The notes under the pieces were generated by a model, which made no database searches, had not been told where the DNA came from, and was given only the letters and a program-made list of their open reading frames with translations. Made by a program: the position numbers and the translations under genes. Positions 59,560-64,000 of a DNA stretch of 64,000 nt are shown piece by piece. Numbering within the stretch: the first letter of the stretch is position 1; every line of letters starts with the position of its first letter. This stretch comes from Takakia lepidozioides (lineage: Eukaryota > Plantae > Bryophyta). The stretch spans positions 67,642,001 to 67,706,000 of the forward strand of contig CM060733.1 of NCBI GenBank assembly GCA_030704615.1, read 5' to 3'.

Positions 59560-62500
59560 ATGAGAGCTCCTGTGAATGAGGGCCCAGTGGTGGCAGCTCA
59601 CATGGTTAGGCCATGTGTTGTACCAGAAGTAAGTACAATGATAGTAACAAGAAGTAAAGCCAAACTAATACCTCCAGTAGAAGAGGAAGAAGATGATAAT
59701 GGAAGTGGCAATGATATGCCTGAAGATGAAGAGACTTGGAAAGATGAGAAGGAACTGCACAAGGAAGTGGCAGATACTATAAGGGAAATGCAAAAGAGTA
59801 CTGATATTCCTGTGGCAGATTCCTCTGATTCGGATGGAGAAAAAGAAGGGAGTGAGGAAGAAAGGAAGAAAGAAGATGCAGACATGCAAAGTAATGAAGA
59901 GACTTTGGCTGAAGTAATATGTCAGACCAAAGCAGAAATTACCATTGGACAGCTATTAGCTGTGGCACCTTATTGTAGGCACAGGCTGTATCAAGCAATC
60001 AATCGAATTGCCCAAGAGACAGGAAACACAGACCTGAACAGCAAGGTGACCAGTTATAATGTGAAGCCGGAAGGGCGAGAAACAGTCATGGACTTTGATG
60101 ATTCTATGCCAGTAATCCAATTGAGAATTGGAAGCACAGAACTAACTGATGTACTGATAGATGGTGGTTCTGGAGTAAATATCATGACAGACCAATTAAG
60201 GAAGAAGCTTGGTCTAAGTAACATGAAACCAGCCCCATTTACAGTAACAATGGCAGATCAAAGAAGTGTACAGCCATTGGGATTAATAAGAGGAGTTAAG
60301 ATACAGATACAAAAGATGATCTTTATGATCACAGTAACTGTATTGAAAATGGATGAAGTCATGGAGGCTTACTCCTTATTATTGGGACGTCCGTGGCTGA
60401 AACAGGCCAGGGTATTCCATGACTGGAATTCTCAGTTACTAACCGTGCATAATGGGATACACGAGATACAAATTACCACAAAGAAATCTAGTAGATTACC
60501 TGCTACAAGAAGACCTCGAGGAGTCAGAGAGTATGACTGGAAAGGAGGACTGGATGAGGAGCAGGAAGCTACCCTATTTGCTGCACACCCAGAGTGGGAG
60601 CAGGTTGCAGAGATGCGGCTGGAAAGCCTAAGTTGTTTGAGAGGTATCTGCTGTGGTGTAGTGACAGCAACACCAACTGAAGAGGAAACCAGCATTTACC
60701 CATCACATTTCTATGAAGAAAGAGAAGGAGAAATAGAAATCCTAGAAGAACCAGCCACTGTGAGCTTACAGGATGAAGTGGTGACTGGTTGGACAATCAC
60801 AGCTGATGAGCAGGTGAGGGAAGTGAATGTGGGAACTAAAGAGGAACCGAGGATGGTGAAAGTAGGAGCTGATTTGGAGCCGGAATTCTTCGAAGAAGCT
60901 AAAAGCTTGTTCATCAAATACAGAGATGTATTTGCTTGGAGCTATGAGGATCTAAAAGGGATACCACCTGAAGTCTGTCAGCATAAGATTGAACTGGAAC
61001 CAGGGTCAGTACCAATCAAGCAGGCGAGGTATAGAATGAATCCCAACTACGCACAGAAGGTTGGAGAAGAGATAAAGAAGTTGGCTGAGGCTAAGTTTAT
61101 ATACCCAATAGAGTATACAACTTGGTTGTCACCCATTGTTATAGTTCCCAAGAAGAATGGCAAACTAAGAGTATGTGTGAACTATAAGAAGCTGAATGCT
61201 TGTACGAAGAAAGATCCTTTCCCTTTGCCATTCACAGAAGCAGTATTAGACACTGTGGCAGGCCATGAGATGTACTCATTCATGGATGGCTTCAGTGGTT
61301 ATAATCAAGTGCAAGTGGCAGAAGAAGACCAAGGGAAAACAGCTTTCATCACAGACTGGGGGGCTTATGCATACAAAGTCATGCCCTTTGGACTTTGTAA
61401 TGCACCAGCGACCTTTCAGAGAGTGATAAGTGAATCTTTTCATGAGTATCTGGATGATTTCATGCAGGTATTCTTGGATGATTTCAGTGTGTACAGCTCT
61501 AAGAATGAGCACTTGCATAAATTGGAGTTATGTTTGGCCAGATGCAGGATGAGAGGTCTGGGCCTGAATCCAGAGAAGTGTACTTTCTGTGTGAACTCAG
61601 GGGTGCTTCTGGGACACATTGTGTGTAAGAAGGGACTCCTTGTGGATCCCAGAAAGACAGAGTCCATTAAAGCCTCTCCACCACCAGTGAATGTTAAAAG
61701 TCTACGGAGATTCCTTGGGCAAACCAGTTATTACAGGAGATTTGTCAAAAGGTATGCACAAATAGCAGCACCATTGAGCAAACTACTGAAGAAAGATGCA
61801 GTGTTTGCCTGGACAGCTGAATGTCAACAGGCATTTGAGGAACTTACACTGTCAGTAACAACTACACCTGTGCTGATTAACCCTCACTGGCATGTAGTAT
61901 TCATGTTCACTGCGATGCATCAGGAGAAGCGTTGGGAGCGGTGTTAGCCCAGAATGTTACAGGGAATATAGATTCACCTGTGTACTATGCTAGCCGGTTG
62001 ATGAACAGTGCTGAAAGGAACTATAGCACAACGGAAAGAGAAGCATTGGCAATGATCTATGCAGTGAAGAAATTCAGGCATTACCTGTTGGGCAAGAAGT
62101 TTATGTTCTATGTGGATCACCAGGCTCTGATATACCTGGTAAACAAACCTCTGATAAGCGGAAGAATAGCAAGATTGCACGAGTTTGAGTTCGAGGTTGT
62201 TTACAAGCCTGGGAGACTGCATCTTGTGGCGGATCATTTGTCACGATTGTCAACAGGAGAACCAGCCACAGGAATAGATGATCAATTACCAGATGCGAGT
62301 CTCTTTGCAGTGGAGGTGCAGGGAAGTGCAGATGACTGGTTAGATTGGCAGTGGCCAATCAGATACTACCTTGCTCATGGTCAGTGCCCACCTAGTTATG
62401 GTAAGGAGCAGAGGAAGAGAATCGCTATCAAAGCTTTACCTTATACTATGGTAGGAAGCAGAATGTATAAGTTAGGACCTGATGGAGTACTAAAACGATG

Positions 62501-63896
62501 CTTGTACCACCATGAAGTAAATAAAGTTTTGGCGGAAGTTCATAAAGGAGTGGCTGGAGGTCATTTTGGAGAAGAGACTACCAGTAGGAAGATACTACTC
62601 GCAGGATACTGGTGGCCTACTTTGTTCAAAGATGTACACGAGTATTGTCAGAAGTGTGATGAATGTCAGAGGCTAGGACCTTTGCAGAGATCTGGAAGGA
62701 TGGCCTTGCATCCTACAATGCCTACGGAACCATTTCAGAAATGGGGACTAGACTTTGTTGGACCAATTAACCCACCATCCAAGAATACACGAAACAGGTA
62801 CATAATTACAGCCACTGATTATACTACAAAGTGGGTGGAAGCTAAAGCTTTGAGGGACAACACAGCCAAGTCCACAGCAAGGTTCCTGTACGAGAACATA
62901 CTTACACGATTTGGCTGTCCCTTAGAATTTATCAGTGATCAGGGAAGTCACTTCATGAATGAGACCATTGAGTTGTTGACTAAAGAGTTTATGATTGTGC
63001 ATAGAAAGAGTACAACATATTACCCACAGGGTAATGGGCAGGCAGAGGCTACCAACAAAATACTATGTACTATCTTGGCTAAGATAGTCAATGCAAACAG
63101 AACGGATTGGGATACAAAGCTGCTGACAGCTTTGTGGTCATACAGGACTTCATATAAAGTCACCACTAAGTATACACCATTCCAATTAGTTTATGGTATG
63201 GAAGCCTTACTTCCAGTGGAATTCCTGTTACCTACCATGAGAACGGAGTGGGGAAAGAGAATGGAATTGCAAGACTCCATCAAGGTCAGGAAACATGAAT
63301 TATACCATGTGGAAGAAGTACGTGCTGATGCAGCTGATAATATGACCAGAATTCAGATGAAGCGAAAGGAACAGTTTGATGAAGGCAAGTTAAAGACTTT
63401 TAAGACGGGGGATTTGGTTCTATGGTTGCAGAAGAAAGGAAAGATTCAAGCTTCTAAGCTTAAATCACCATGGAAAGGACCTTATGTCATACAAAAGATG
63501 TATGATAACAACACCGCCATGTTACAAACCATTAACAAAGAAATGCTGGGAAGAGTCAATGCCAATAAGTTGAAGGGGTACAGTGGTATCCATGACAAAC
63601 CCTTGCAGCATGATTTGCATGTTGAACCGCAAGAGCAGTCACGGGCTGCACCAGTGTTACGAACGGAGTATGGAGCACTTGTCGCTAGGCCCAGCATATA
63701 TGACCAGGGCGGGCAAAACAACGTGACACAGCCTATCACAGCCCATCACGACGTGACACAGCCTATCACAGCCCATTACAACGTGACACAGCCTATCACA
63801 GCCCAGCACTGCGCAACACAGCCTATCACAACCTACCACAGCGTGTCACAGCCTATCACAGCTTACCACAGTGCATCACAGCCTATCACAGCGTAA
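59560..63896 (+). mobile_element. Pol (protease, RT, RNase H, integrase) of a non-chromovirus Ty3/gypsy element (Phygy/Selgy-like); one frameshift near 61900
   Basis: LIDGGSGVN; KKNGKLRVCVNYKKLN, FMDGFSGYNQ, VFLDDF; NYSTTEREALA; HHCC finger, WGLDFVGP, SDQGSHF, PQGNGQAE, WKGPY; no additional archaeal-type RNase H seen. Confidence 0.93.
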
Positions 63897-63935
63897 CACA
63901 GTATGACACAGCCTGTCACAGCTCAACACAGCCTA
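63721..63935 (+). repeat. 27-bp tandem repeat (ACGTGACACAGCCTATCACAGCCCATC), about 7-8 copies, read in frame as VTQPITAHx
   Basis: Visible in the DNA and at the integrase ORF C-terminus. Confidence 0.9.
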
Positions 63936-64000
63936 CTAAAGTTACACGATCCATAGAATCAGTGACAGGTGGACGCATAATAACTTCAGGAAAATGGCTG

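Overview
Repeat-dense plant nuclear DNA, probably from a seed-free land plant with flagellated sperm such as a bryophyte (inferred from CFAP52 and the transposon types). The only clearly intact host gene is an intronless CFAP52/WDR16 (3620-5611). The rest is nested mobile DNA: two Ty3/gypsy elements plus a solo LTR, several CACTA pieces (one spliced ORF2 carries an FCP1/NIF phosphatase-like domain), a MULE-type transposase with a SWIM finger, a two-copy MITE and a COG3 retro-pseudogene. Three observations stand out. (1) A non-LTR element with RNase H and a restriction-like endonuclease (Dualen/RandI-like; 4 copies, two only 73-82 bp long) and a tRNA-headed, T-tailed SINE (5 copies) share a covarying, highly structured 3' RNA module. 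(2) A 116-bp tandem array beside the MULE transposase has 40-bp palindromes whose 4-nt centre occurs in both orientations. (3) Arrays of GGCGCC-centred 22-30-bp palindromes co-occur with three copies of an unrecognised Trp/Cys-rich protein family. All calls come from reading the sequence by eye. No database searches were run, and the ends of degraded features are approximate.
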